Shown in pieces: positions 28,298 to 37,593 of a stretch of DNA of 64,000 nt. Position 1 is the stretch's first letter; each line of letters begins with the position of its first letter. A program made the translations under genes and the position numbers. Under the pieces are notes generated by a model, which was given only the letters and a program-made list of their open reading frames with translations, did not search any database and was not told the DNA's origin. The stretch is taken from NCBI GenBank assembly GCA_965651205.1, contig CBFGRM010000004.1:14241-78240 (forward strand). Reading direction: 5' to 3'. This DNA is from an uncultured bacterium. Its GTDB lineage: Bacteria; Gemmatimonadota; Gemmatimonadetes; Gemmatimonadales; GWC2-71-9.

Positions 28298-30393
28298 CAG
28301 AACGCGTGCCCGATCGAGAAGTGGAAGGTGAAGTCGCGGTTGCGATCGCGACGATCCGACGCGCGCACCTGGACCAGGTCACCGTTCTCGGTGCTGGTGT
28401 AGACCGCGCCGCGCTCGAGCTGGTAGGGATTGTATCCGACGTCGAATCGCACCGGGCCGAGCGGTGAAGCGATCCGCAATCCCGCACCCGGCGTGACCCG
28501 GATGCCGGCGGAACCGGTCCGCGACCACAGCGCCCCGGCGTCGACGAAGGTCACCAGGCGGAACCGGTCCGACAGGAACGGTGCCGGGAAGCGCAGTTCG
28601 AGATTGGCAATCGCCACCCGGTCGCCACCGGTCGCCGCGACCCTGAGTGCGTTCGGATTGTAGGTGGTGTCCGCACCGGTCACGGTGATCGAGTCGCGCG
28701 GGATCACGTAGACCACCGGGCCCAGTTCGTTGCGGTCGTAGCCGCGCAGGTCGTTGGCGCCGCCGGCATAGAAGCGCTGTTCGGGCGGCACGAACGAGGT
28801 GCGCTCCCCGGCGAGGTCGATCTGGGGCGAAAAGATCACTCCTCCGCGCAGGTGTCCGGCCACCACCACGTTGCGGGTGAGCGGCCGATAGATCGAGGCA
28901 TCGGCCACCAGGCGGGTGAACTGCTGCAGCTCGGAGGATCCCAGCAGTGCGCTCGACACCGTCGCCTCTGCCGACAGCATCGTGCCTCGCGTCGGGTCGA
29001 GCAGGTTGTTCACCCGTTGCCTGGCCGCGCCCAGCGTCAGCATCGTGAGCACCCTGCGCTCGCGCAACTGTGCCACGTCGTCGCTGACGCAGGCGTTGAA
29101 GAACTGGCAGAACGACACCTGGTTGGCGCGGGTCTGTCCATAGGATATCCGGTAGCCGAGCGTCACCGGGATGCGACTCACCGTTTCGCGGGTGATCGCC
29201 ACCTCGGCGCCGACTTCCTCGCGCATATAAACCGCGTACTCGCTGCGGCGCTCGGAGAAGATCGTCAGCGACAGGGTGTTGTCGGGCGACAGGAATGCGT
29301 GCCGCCTCAGCGTCACGTCGATGCCGAAGTTGGCCAGCTCCGATCCCACGGTGTCGGCCTCGAGCGAGGAACAGATCGACCTTTCGGCCCCGAAGCCGAA
29401 CGGCGAACCGACACCGATCTTCGACAATCGACCCGAGATGTCCACCACCCTGCCGTTGCCCAGGAAGTTGCGGGCCGTCCACCCGGCGCCCACCCGGAAG
29501 CAGTCGTTGGTGGCGTAGCCGACCGAACCGCGCGCCCGGTGACTGCGCCCCTCGGTGACATCCACCCTGATCGGCACCACCGTGTCGCCAGGAGCGTACG
29601 CCGTGGTGTCGATCCCCACGGTCGCGAAGCGGAAGAGTTCGCTGGCATACAGCGAGCGCTGCGACCGGTACAATGCGTCGAGTCGATACGGCCTTCCCTC
29701 GCGCACGCTGACCAGCGAGGCGATGAAGGCCGAGTCGACATCCTCCTGGCCACGCACCTCGATCGGACCGAACACCGCGGCGGTGCCCGGGCTGGCGAGG
29801 AAGGTGACGGTGCCTCTTCGGGTGGCCGAGTCTGCCCGCGCCGCCCGATCGACGGTGGCCGATGGGTAACCGGCATTGCGGAGCCGCTCCGCCAGTGTGT
29901 CGGCTGTCTCCTCGATCCGGAAGCGGTTGAACGGATCCCCCTCGGCGAGTGGCAGGTCCCGCGTCAGCGTCGGGGCATCGGCCACCCCTTCCAGTCCCTC
30001 CACCGCAATCGCGCTTATCCGGGTCGGCTCGCCTTCATCGATGTGAAAGGTGATCTCCACCGTCTCGTCGCTGCGCTCGACGGTGGTGTCCACCTGGACT
30101 TCGAAGTAGCCGCTCAGGCGGTAGAGCAGCCGGATCCGTTCGACATCGGCGCGAAAGGCCCGTTCACTGAAGGTGCGCGTTTCGCCGGCGCCCAGCCATC
30201 GAATCAGCACGCTGCGCGCCAGCCACGACGAGTTGGTGGTGGCGATCGCGGCTTGCAGGGCGAGATCCTCGATGGCGCGGTTGCCGTCGAACTTGAGTCC
30301 ACGCACGATCAGCGGCCCGTCCTGGGCGGCGAGCACGGGGGCGAATGTCGCCAGGATCAAGCTGAGACCAACCGATCGGATCAACCGCATCAT
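28297..30393 (-). CDS. tamA: Omp85/BamA-family outer-membrane assembly protein (TamA-like by pairing with tamB)
   Basis: Signal peptide MMRLIRSVGLSLILATFAPVLAAQ, POTRA-like repeats (IVRGLKFDGNRAI..., ISAIAVEGLEG...), and a C-terminal beta-barrel ending ...FTFHFSIGHAF. Confidence 0.85.
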   Translation of the reverse strand: MMRLIRSVGLSLILATFAPVLAAQDGPLIVRGLKFDGNRAIEDLALQAAIATTNSSWLARSVLIRWLGAGETRTFSERAFRADVERIRLLYRLSGYFEVQVDTTVERSDETVEITFHIDEGEPTRISAIAVEGLEGVADAPTLTRDLPLAEGDPFNRFRIEETADTLAERLRNAGYPSATVDRAARADSATRRGTVTFLASPGTAAVFGPIEVRGQEDVDSAFIASLVSVREGRPYRLDALYRSQRSLYASELFRFATVGIDTTAYAPGDTVVPIRVDVTEGRSHRARGSVGYATNDCFRVGAGWTARNFLGNGRVVDISGRLSKIGVGSPFGFGAERSICSSLEADTVGSELANFGIDVTLRRHAFLSPDNTLSLTIFSERRSEYAVYMREEVGAEVAITRETVSRIPVTLGYRISYGQTRANQVSFCQFFNACVSDDVAQLRERRVLTMLTLGAARQRVNNLLDPTRGTMLSAEATVSSALLGSSELQQFTRLVADASIYRPLTRNVVVAGHLRGGVIFSPQIDLAGERTSFVPPEQRFYAGGANDLRGYDRNELGPVVYVIPRDSITVTGADTTYNPNALRVAATGGDRVAIANLELRFPAPFLSDRFRLVTFVDAGALWSRTGSAGIRVTPGAGLRIASPLGPVRFDVGYNPYQLERGAVYTSTENGDLVQVRASDRRDRNRDFTFHFSIGHAF

Positions 30394-30586
30394 CTGAATC
30401 TGGTTTCTTCAAGGGGTTACGCCAACCCGAGGGCACCGGGACCGCATACCCAACCGACGTGCCACCGGACCGGGCTATCACACCCTGCCCCGCAACCGGC
30501 AAGGGTATTCTTCTGTTGTCCCTGCAAATTTTCCTCATTCCCGGGTCACCGGTCCGCAGGAGTCGGTCCCGGTCCACGAGCCGCCA

Positions 30587-32077
30587 ATGACTGGAATACG
30601 CTGGTCCGCCCTCGCCCTGATGACTCTGGCCCTTGCCGCGCTGCCTCGGACGGCACCGGGGCAATCGCTGACCCGGCGCCTCGAGGCCAGGCTCGATCAG
30701 CCGCAACTGCTCCGCCACCACTGGGGAGTCGCGATCGAGGACCAGAGTGGCCGCCTCCTCTTCGGGCGCAACGCCGGCCGGTTGTTCATCCCGGCCTCCA
30801 ATACCAAGCTGATCACCAGTGCAGCCGGGATCGTGATGCTCGGCCCGGACTTCACCGTGCGCACCTCGGTCTACGGTGCCGGACCGGTGATCGATGGAGT
30901 GCTGCACGGCGACCTGGTTCTCTATGGTCGAGGTGACCCGACCTACTCCCGGCGCTGCTACGATATCGATGAGGATCGCCCCGGTGCCTGCGACGAGGAT
31001 CCGGCCGCCAAGCTGCGCGACCTGGCGCAGCAACTCCGCGAACGCGGTATCCGCTGGATCGACGGTGACCTGATCGGCGACGGCTCGTACTTCGACGAGG
31101 AACTGGTCCATCCGGCGTGGGAGACGTACGACCTGAACTGGTGGTACGCCGCGCCGGTTTCGGGACTCGGCTTCAACGACAACTCGATCGACGTCGAGAT
31201 TGCGGCGGCCGACTCGGGCGAGGTGCAGCCGCAGATCAACTTCGGTCCCGATGTCGGTGCGGCATTCATCGAGAACCGTGCCGTGATCGGCGCGCGCGAC
31301 GCCGAGCGCACGTTCGACATCATCCGCGATCCCGACGGCCTGCGATACGTGGCCAGCGGCGTGGTGCCGGTGGGTTCGCAGCGGCGCACCGAAAACGTGG
31401 CAGTGCTCGATCCCAACCGCTACGCCGCACTGGCGTTCCGCCGGGAATTGCTGGCGGCCGGCATCGTGGTGCGGGGAACCGTCCTGTCCACGACAGATTC
31501 CACCGACTATGCAGTTGCCCGGGCCACACCCGCACTGGCCGAGGTCAGTTCGCGGCCCCTGTCCGACTGGGTGTTTCCGGTGCTCAACACTTCGCAGAAC
31601 TGGTTTGCCGAGATGATCCTGAAGCAGCTCGGCCGCAGGTTTGGCGCTGCCGGTTCGTGGCAGGAGGGCCTCGAGGTGGAGCGACGCTTCCTGATCGATT
31701 CGGTGGGAATCGACAGCACGATGTTCGAGCTTGCCGACGGATCCGGGCTGGCCGCAAAGAACCTCGTGGCACCGCTGGCCTTCACCCGGTTGCTCAACTG
31801 GATGCGCAGCCATCCCAGTTACGATGCCTTCGCTGCCGGACTGCCCCAGAGCGGTGAACCCGGTTCGTTGCGGCGCCGCTTCGTCGACACACCGCTCGCC
31901 GGACGGGTGCGCGCCAAGACCGGCACGATAACCCGGGTAAACACGCTGAGCGGCTACGTCGAACGCGCCGACGGCCGGGTGTTCACCTTTTCGATCCAGG
32001 CCAACAATCACACCCTCGGATCGTCCGGAATGCTGCCGGCCATCGACTCGGTGGTGGTGGAACTGGCCCGGCCCTGA
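30587..32077 (+). CDS. dacB: D-alanyl-D-alanine carboxypeptidase/endopeptidase (PBP4, peptidase S13)
   Basis: Signal peptide, SxxK motif PASNTKLIT, and KTGT near the C-terminus (RAKTGTITRVNTLSGY). Confidence 0.9.
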   Translation: MTGIRWSALALMTLALAALPRTAPGQSLTRRLEARLDQPQLLRHHWGVAIEDQSGRLLFGRNAGRLFIPASNTKLITSAAGIVMLGPDFTVRTSVYGAGPVIDGVLHGDLVLYGRGDPTYSRRCYDIDEDRPGACDEDPAAKLRDLAQQLRERGIRWIDGDLIGDGSYFDEELVHPAWETYDLNWWYAAPVSGLGFNDNSIDVEIAAADSGEVQPQINFGPDVGAAFIENRAVIGARDAERTFDIIRDPDGLRYVASGVVPVGSQRRTENVAVLDPNRYAALAFRRELLAAGIVVRGTVLSTTDSTDYAVARATPALAEVSSRPLSDWVFPVLNTSQNWFAEMILKQLGRRFGAAGSWQEGLEVERRFLIDSVGIDSTMFELADGSGLAAKNLVAPLAFTRLLNWMRSHPSYDAFAAGLPQSGEPGSLRRRFVDTPLAGRVRAKTGTITRVNTLSGYVERADGRVFTFSIQANNHTLGSSGMLPAIDSVVVELARP

Positions 32078-32122
32078 GCGCCCGCATCGCCCCCGGGTTG
32101 CCCGGGGGTCTACATTTGCGCG

Positions 32123-33508
32123 ATGTCAATCGACCCGACCACCCTCAGGATCGCCATCATCGGTGCCGGTCCGTCGGGGTTCTACGCCGCCGAGACGATC
32201 CAGAAGGCCGTGCCGCAGGCGCGGATCGACCTGTTCGATCGACTGCCCACGCCGCACGGCCTGGTCCGCGGTGGCGTCGCGCCTGATCACCCCAGGATCA
32301 AGTCGGTCACCCGGGTGTTCGAGCGTATTGCGGCCCACCCGAACACCCGTTTCATCGGCAACGTCGAGGTTGGTCGCGATGTCACGCCGGCGGAACTGCG
32401 CAGCAATTACGATGCGGTGATCTACGCCGTCGGGGCGCGCACTGATCGGCACCTCGAGATCCCCGGCGAGGACCTGGCTGGCAGTCACGCCGCCACCGAA
32501 CTGGTCGGCTGGTACAACGGGCACCCCGACTATTGCGACGCCACCTTCGACCTTTCCGCCCACGCCGTTGCCATAGTCGGTCTCGGCAACGTCGCGATGG
32601 ACGTCACCCGGATCCTCGCCCGCAAGGTCGACGACCTGGCAACCACCGACATCGCCGATCACGCGGTGCAGGCACTTGAGACCTGCAACATCAGGACAAT
32701 TCACGTTCTCGGTCGTCGTGGGCCGGTGCAGGCAGCGTTCACCACCCCGGAACTGCGTGAGCTGGGCGAACTCGCCGATGTCGACGTGCGGGTCGATCCG
32801 CGCGACCTGATGCTCGATCCGGTGAGCGACGCGTATCTCAACGAGGCCAGCGACCGCACCGCCGCCAAGAATCTCGAAGTGTTGCGCGAATGGGCCGCAC
32901 GCCCGGAGCGAGCGGCACAGCGCAGGATCGTGTTCCACTTCGGAGTGTCGCCGGTCGAGGTACTCGGCGACACGCGGGTCACCGGCCTCCGGGTCGCCCA
33001 CAACCGGCTCGAACCCGACGGCCAGGGCGGGGTGCGTGCGGTGACCACCGATTCCACCTTCGTGCTGGACGTGGGCTTGCTGTTCAGGTCGGTGGGTTAT
33101 CGCGGCGTGGAGCTGGCCGGAGTGCCGTTCGACCCGATGCGCGGCGTGATCCCCAACGTCGGTGGTCGAGTGGTGGAACACGCCGGCAGTCACACCCACG
33201 TCGACGGCATATACGCCACCGGCTGGATCAAGCGCGGTCCCAGCGGCGTGATCGGCACCAACAAGGTCGACGCCAGTCAGACCGTCGACAACCTGCTCGC
33301 CGACGTCACCGCCAACCGCATCACCGCGGCCACCGGATCGCCGGACGCGCTGCTCGACCTGGTCAGGCAGCGCGGTGTGCGGATCACCGACTGGACCGAC
33401 TGGCAGCGACTCGACAAGGTCGAGATCGAGCGCGGCAAGCCCGCCGGCAAGCCGCGGGAAAAGGTGGTGCGGGTCCCCGAGATGCTGGAGACGATCGACA
33501 GGGACTGA
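32123..33508 (+). CDS. NADPH:ferredoxin (adrenodoxin-type) reductase, FprA-like
   Basis: IAIIGAGPSGFYAAE, LVRGGVAPDHP, and a second Rossmann motif VAIVGLGNVAMDV. Confidence 0.85.
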   Translation: MSIDPTTLRIAIIGAGPSGFYAAETIQKAVPQARIDLFDRLPTPHGLVRGGVAPDHPRIKSVTRVFERIAAHPNTRFIGNVEVGRDVTPAELRSNYDAVIYAVGARTDRHLEIPGEDLAGSHAATELVGWYNGHPDYCDATFDLSAHAVAIVGLGNVAMDVTRILARKVDDLATTDIADHAVQALETCNIRTIHVLGRRGPVQAAFTTPELRELGELADVDVRVDPRDLMLDPVSDAYLNEASDRTAAKNLEVLREWAARPERAAQRRIVFHFGVSPVEVLGDTRVTGLRVAHNRLEPDGQGGVRAVTTDSTFVLDVGLLFRSVGYRGVELAGVPFDPMRGVIPNVGGRVVEHAGSHTHVDGIYATGWIKRGPSGVIGTNKVDASQTVDNLLADVTANRITAATGSPDALLDLVRQRGVRITDWTDWQRLDKVEIERGKPAGKPREKVVRVPEMLETIDRD

Positions 33509-33541
33509 CACCCTGCAGCGCCGCGCCTTACATTGGAGACT

Positions 33542-34093
33542 ATGACTCTCCGGATCTACACCCGAACCGGCGACACCGGCCAGACCGCGCTGTTCGGCGG
33601 CGGCAGGGTGAGCAAGGATCATCCGCGGGTTGCCGCCTACGGCGACGTGGATGAACTCAACTCCGTCATCGGCCTGGTCCGCGCCACGGCACCAGCCGAT
33701 TTTCTTGACGAGCTGCTCGAATCGATCCAGCGCGACCTCTTTTCGATCGGCGGCCACCTGGCCACACCCGACCCCGAGAAGGTGCGCAAGGCACTGGCCA
33801 AGGCCGAGTTGTCTTCCGAACAGGTCGACCGTTTCGAGCGAACCATCGACGAGGCCGACGCCGAGCTCGAACCGCTCAGGGCGTTCATCCTTCCGGGCGG
33901 CACCGCCAAGGCAGCGGCCCTGCACGTGGCGCGCACCGTGTGTCGCCGGGCGGAGCGTCAGGTGGTGGCTCTTGCCGCCAGCGAGCCGGTGCCGGCGGAG
34001 TTCCTCACCTACCTCAATCGGTTGAGCGACCTGCTCTTCACGCTGGCCCGACTCGCCAACCATCGCGCCGGCACCGGAGACGTCACCTGGTAG
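33542..34093 (+). CDS. Cob(I)yrinic acid a,c-diamide adenosyltransferase, PduO type
   Basis: ATG 33542: MTLRIYTRTGDTGQTALFGGGRVSKDHPRVAAYGDVDELNSVIG. The track start (TTG 33533) is an alternative. Confidence 0.9.
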   Translation: MTLRIYTRTGDTGQTALFGGGRVSKDHPRVAAYGDVDELNSVIGLVRATAPADFLDELLESIQRDLFSIGGHLATPDPEKVRKALAKAELSSEQVDRFERTIDEADAELEPLRAFILPGGTAKAAALHVARTVCRRAERQVVALAASEPVPAEFLTYLNRLSDLLFTLARLANHRAGTGDVTW

Positions 34094-34161
34094 CCACCTG
34101 CAAGGTTCGTCACCCCGATGGCGAGACGCCGGTTTTCGTCGCGGCCGGGGCAAGCGCTCAC

Positions 34162-35157
34162 GTGCTCGACTTGCTGCCGACTGAACTGCGCAATCATCGA
34201 GCAGTGGTGATCACCGACACCAACGTGTCTGCCGCACTGCCACACCTGCTGCACGGCCTGCCGAGGCTCACCTTCCCGGCCGGTGAACAATCAAAGAACG
34301 TCGGCCAATGGTCCGAGTTGTCCGAACGGATCCTCGCCGGCAGGGTCGATCGCCGCACCGTCATCGTGGCGCTCGGCGGCGGCGTCACCACCGACCTCGC
34401 CGGATTCGTGGCGGCGACGCTGCTGCGCGGCGTGCCCTGGATCGCCGTGCCGACAACCACCCTGGCAATGGTGGACGCTGCGATCGGTGGCAAGACCGGC
34501 ATCGACGCCGCTGTCGGCAAGAACCTCATCGGCAGCTTCCATCATCCCGCCGCGGTGATTGTCGACCCGCTGCTGCTCGACACCCTGCCCGACATCGAGT
34601 ATCGCAACGGGCTTGCAGAAGTGGTCAAGCACGCCGCCCTGGCCGACGCCGCGATCTGGGTGGGGTTGGAGAGCGATGTCAGCGCGATCCTGGCGCGCGA
34701 CACCGCGGTGGTGACCCGGATGCTCGCCGACTCCGCCAGCATCAAGGCAGCAATAGTCACCGAGGACGCGCGTGAGGCCGGACGCCGTGCCGTGCTCAAC
34801 CTAGGACACACAGTCGCCCACGCCATCGAGCACGCCACCGACTACCGGACGCCGCACGGCGCGGCAGTTGCAATCGGTCTGGTGGTCGAGACCCGCGTCG
34901 CCGAGAATCTCGGTGTGGCGACCGCTGGCACCACCACCCGGATCACGGCCCTGCTCGACCAACTCGGCCTTCCCGTGAAGGCGCCGGAAGGACTTGGCCT
35001 GGCGCGGTTCAGGCAAGCACTGCTGGTCGACAAGAAGAATCGTGACGACCAGATCCACTGCGCGCTCCTGGCCGCAATCGGACGAGTCGCCACCACGGAA
35101 TCGGGCCACTGGACCCGGCCCGTCGACGCCGAAATGCTGGTTGACGCCCTGGGCTGA
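34162..35157 (+). CDS. aroB: 3-dehydroquinate synthase (start uncertain)
   Basis: VIVALGGGVTTDLAGFVAAT, VPTTTLAMVDAAIGGKTGID, NLGHTVAHAIE. GTG 34162 is the first canonical start that does not overlap the upstream gene, but AroB-like sequence continues upstream to about 34090. Confidence 0.8.
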   Translation: MLDLLPTELRNHRAVVITDTNVSAALPHLLHGLPRLTFPAGEQSKNVGQWSELSERILAGRVDRRTVIVALGGGVTTDLAGFVAATLLRGVPWIAVPTTTLAMVDAAIGGKTGIDAAVGKNLIGSFHHPAAVIVDPLLLDTLPDIEYRNGLAEVVKHAALADAAIWVGLESDVSAILARDTAVVTRMLADSASIKAAIVTEDAREAGRRAVLNLGHTVAHAIEHATDYRTPHGAAVAIGLVVETRVAENLGVATAGTTTRITALLDQLGLPVKAPEGLGLARFRQALLVDKKNRDDQIHCALLAAIGRVATTESGHWTRPVDAEMLVDALG

Positions 35158-35418
35158 GCAAGCGCCGACGGGATCTCCACATCATTCCACAACGGCGCCG
35201 AGGCCCCACCCCCAAGGCCGCCAACAACTTGGCCGTTCGGTGCACACCGGGTGGACAACCAGGATGTGGACAGTGTGCAGCAACGCGGCAAGTCTGGATG
35301 TCACAAGTCGTTGCGATGTAGACATTTACGACCCCTTGACAGGGCCACCGGCGAGGCCAGATTGCGGTATCCATCGCAATTCCGGTAGCTGACCAAACAC
35401 TGCCAATCGAGTGGGCCT

Positions 35419-36318
35419 ATGCCCCGAACCAAGCGCCGTGCCCCGCGACGCATCGCGACCACCGCTCCTGCACCTGCCGGAGACGCATTCGAGCAGTATC
35501 TCAACGACATCCGCGACTTGCCGATGGTTGCCGACATCGAAGAGGAGCGCGATCTGGCCCGGCGCGCGCGCGCCGGTGATCAGGACGCGGCGGATCGACT
35601 CGCCACCGCCAATCTCCGCTTCGTGATCGCGTTCGTGAAGCGGTATCAGGGACACGGCCTGGAACTCGGCGACCTGGTGGCAATCGGCAACGAGGGTTTG
35701 TTGCGCGCGGTCCGCAAGTTCGACCCCGACCGAGGCGTCAAGTTCATCTCGTATGCGGTCTGGTGGGTGCGGCAGGCGGTGCTCAAGGCGCTCGCCGAAC
35801 AGACCCGATCGGTGCGCTTCCCGCTCAATCAGAATGCCGCTGCGGTCCGGTTCACCAAGGCGCAGGGACTGCTGGCGCAGGAACTCGGCCGCACTCCCAC
35901 CGATCAGGAACTTGCAACCGCGCTGCTGCAACCGATCGACGACATCCGCCGGGCTCGCAGGCTGTTCGTGACCGAAGTGTCACTCGACGCCCCGGTGGAC
36001 TCCGGCGACCGACGCTCGGCGACACTCGGCGAACGACTTCCATTCCACGAGGCCAACGAAATCGAGACTCGCACCGACGAGATCCTCCGCAAGGATTTTC
36101 TCGATCGCCTCTTCCGCCGCTATCTCACCCCCCGCGAACGACGCATCCTGTCGCTCTACTACGGTCTCGATCCCAGCGAAACCACGCTCACGCTCGAACA
36201 GATCGGCGACACACTCGGCGTCACCCGCGAAAGGATACGGCAGCTCCGCGAGCGCGCCTTCGCCAAATTGCGCGACTGCCCCGAAGTGAAGTCACTGGGC
36301 TCTTTCCGAGCCGCCTGA
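35419..36318 (+). CDS. RNA polymerase sigma factor, sigma-70 family (RpoD/RpoS-like, regions 2-4, no long region 1)
   Basis: NLRFVIAFVKRY, region 2 FISYAVWWVRQAV, region 4 LTPRERRILSLYYGL...TLEQIGDTLGVTRERIRQL. Confidence 0.9.
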   Translation: MPRTKRRAPRRIATTAPAPAGDAFEQYLNDIRDLPMVADIEEERDLARRARAGDQDAADRLATANLRFVIAFVKRYQGHGLELGDLVAIGNEGLLRAVRKFDPDRGVKFISYAVWWVRQAVLKALAEQTRSVRFPLNQNAAAVRFTKAQGLLAQELGRTPTDQELATALLQPIDDIRRARRLFVTEVSLDAPVDSGDRRSATLGERLPFHEANEIETRTDEILRKDFLDRLFRRYLTPRERRILSLYYGLDPSETTLTLEQIGDTLGVTRERIRQLRERAFAKLRDCPEVKSLGSFRAA

Positions 36319-36390
36319 CCCCGCCCCACGGGCAACGCCGGGCAGCTCTTCCCGGTGGGCCTATCTTTCGGGTATGTGGAGTGCGGCAGC

Positions 36391-37593
36391 GTGAGCGACA
36401 CCATACTCGACCTGCTTGGTCGGATCGCCGGGAACGATGCAGTCCGTCGTGAACCCGGCGGGATGGCGCGGGTCACACCCACCGCCACCACTGCCGTTGC
36501 CGGTATCCTCGGTGTCGCGCACGATGAGGGCTGGCGGGTGGCAGTCGAGGGCAACGGCACCTGGCGCGCCGAAGATGCACCGGCCGACGTGATCATCTCG
36601 CTGCGTGGCCTTGACGAGACCTGCCACACGGAACTCTCCACCCAGAGCGTAGTCGTCGATGCGGGCGTGTCGCTCGAGCGACTCCGTCGCAGCGTGCTGG
36701 AGCAGGCGGCCTGGCTGGCGCTCGATCCGCCGGGCCGGCCCGATCGCAGCGTCGGCTCACTGGTGGTGACCGCAACCGCTGGTCCGCTCCGTGCCGGCTT
36801 CGGCGGGGTGGCCGAGCAGTTGAAATCAGTGACGGTGGCCAGCGGCGACGGTCGGGTGGTAGTGATCGACTCCGAGCGCGATCCCGAACTGTTGGCGCTC
36901 CACGCCGGCGGCTTCGGCGCCCTCGGCATCGTAACCGGCTGCGAGCTGCGGCTCCGACCCCTCCCACAGGCCGACGCGACCTGGGCGATTCAAGCGCCGC
37001 GCGACTCCCTCATTCCTGCCGCCGGCGACCTCCGCGCCAGCGGCCAGCCCGTGGCCGCCGCCGAATTGTTCTCGCCTGCGCTCGCCACCGAGGGCGAGTG
37101 GACCCTGGCGGTCCGCTTCGTGGGCGACCCGGACACGGTGGACGCGGCCGCGCGGTACCTGCCAGCGATACCGGGCGCCCGGTGGCAGCCGATCCTCGAC
37201 GGTGGCCACCAGACGCTCTGGCGGAGTGCCGGGCGGGCGGTGACCACGGTGCCGGTCACCATCCGGCTGGCCGTGCTGCCCGAGGGCCTGAACGACACCA
37301 TCGACCTGGTGGTCGCCCGACTCGGCGAAGGGATGCAGAGTGCGGGCGTGGTGAGCGGCGGAGTCCGCTGGAGCGGAGTGGCCGACACCGATGCACTCCG
37401 GACGATCCGCCAGGAACTCGCGCTGCGCGAGGTGCCACTCATCATAGAACGTGCGCCGTGGCGGGTTCGTCGCGCGCTCGGACACTACGGTGCGTATCGC
37501 GACCGACCGGCAACCGCATTGTCGCGACGACGCCAGGAGTTTGATCCCGCAGGGGTGCTGGTCACCGCACTCGATGGCGGGCAGGAGCCGTGA
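36391..37593 (+). CDS. FAD-binding oxidoreductase (PCMH-type, GlcE-like)
   Basis: GTG 36391 within track ORF 36355..37593. N-terminal FAD-binding fold (VAGILGVAHDEGWRVAVEGNGT...VVVDAGVSLERL...GSLVVTATAGP...). The subfamily assignment is weak. Confidence 0.7.
   Translation: MSDTILDLLGRIAGNDAVRREPGGMARVTPTATTAVAGILGVAHDEGWRVAVEGNGTWRAEDAPADVIISLRGLDETCHTELSTQSVVVDAGVSLERLRRSVLEQAAWLALDPPGRPDRSVGSLVVTATAGPLRAGFGGVAEQLKSVTVASGDGRVVVIDSERDPELLALHAGGFGALGIVTGCELRLRPLPQADATWAIQAPRDSLIPAAGDLRASGQPVAAAELFSPALATEGEWTLAVRFVGDPDTVDAAARYLPAIPGARWQPILDGGHQTLWRSAGRAVTTVPVTIRLAVLPEGLNDTIDLVVARLGEGMQSAGVVSGGVRWSGVADTDALRTIRQELALREVPLIIERAPWRVRRALGHYGAYRDRPATALSRRRQEFDPAGVLVTALDGGQEP

Noticed and set aside
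26018-28402. Very long ORFs on the strand opposite to, or out of frame with, the called genes. Examples: 26018..28402 + (794 aa), 28852..30936 + (694 aa), 30164..32011 - (615 aa), 32126..34153 - (675 aa), 17567..18505 + and 57807..58970 +.
   Set aside because: These are typical high-GC artefacts. Their translations are Arg/Pro/Gly/Ala-rich and low in complexity, with no motifs. Each overlaps a gene whose product has clear family signatures.
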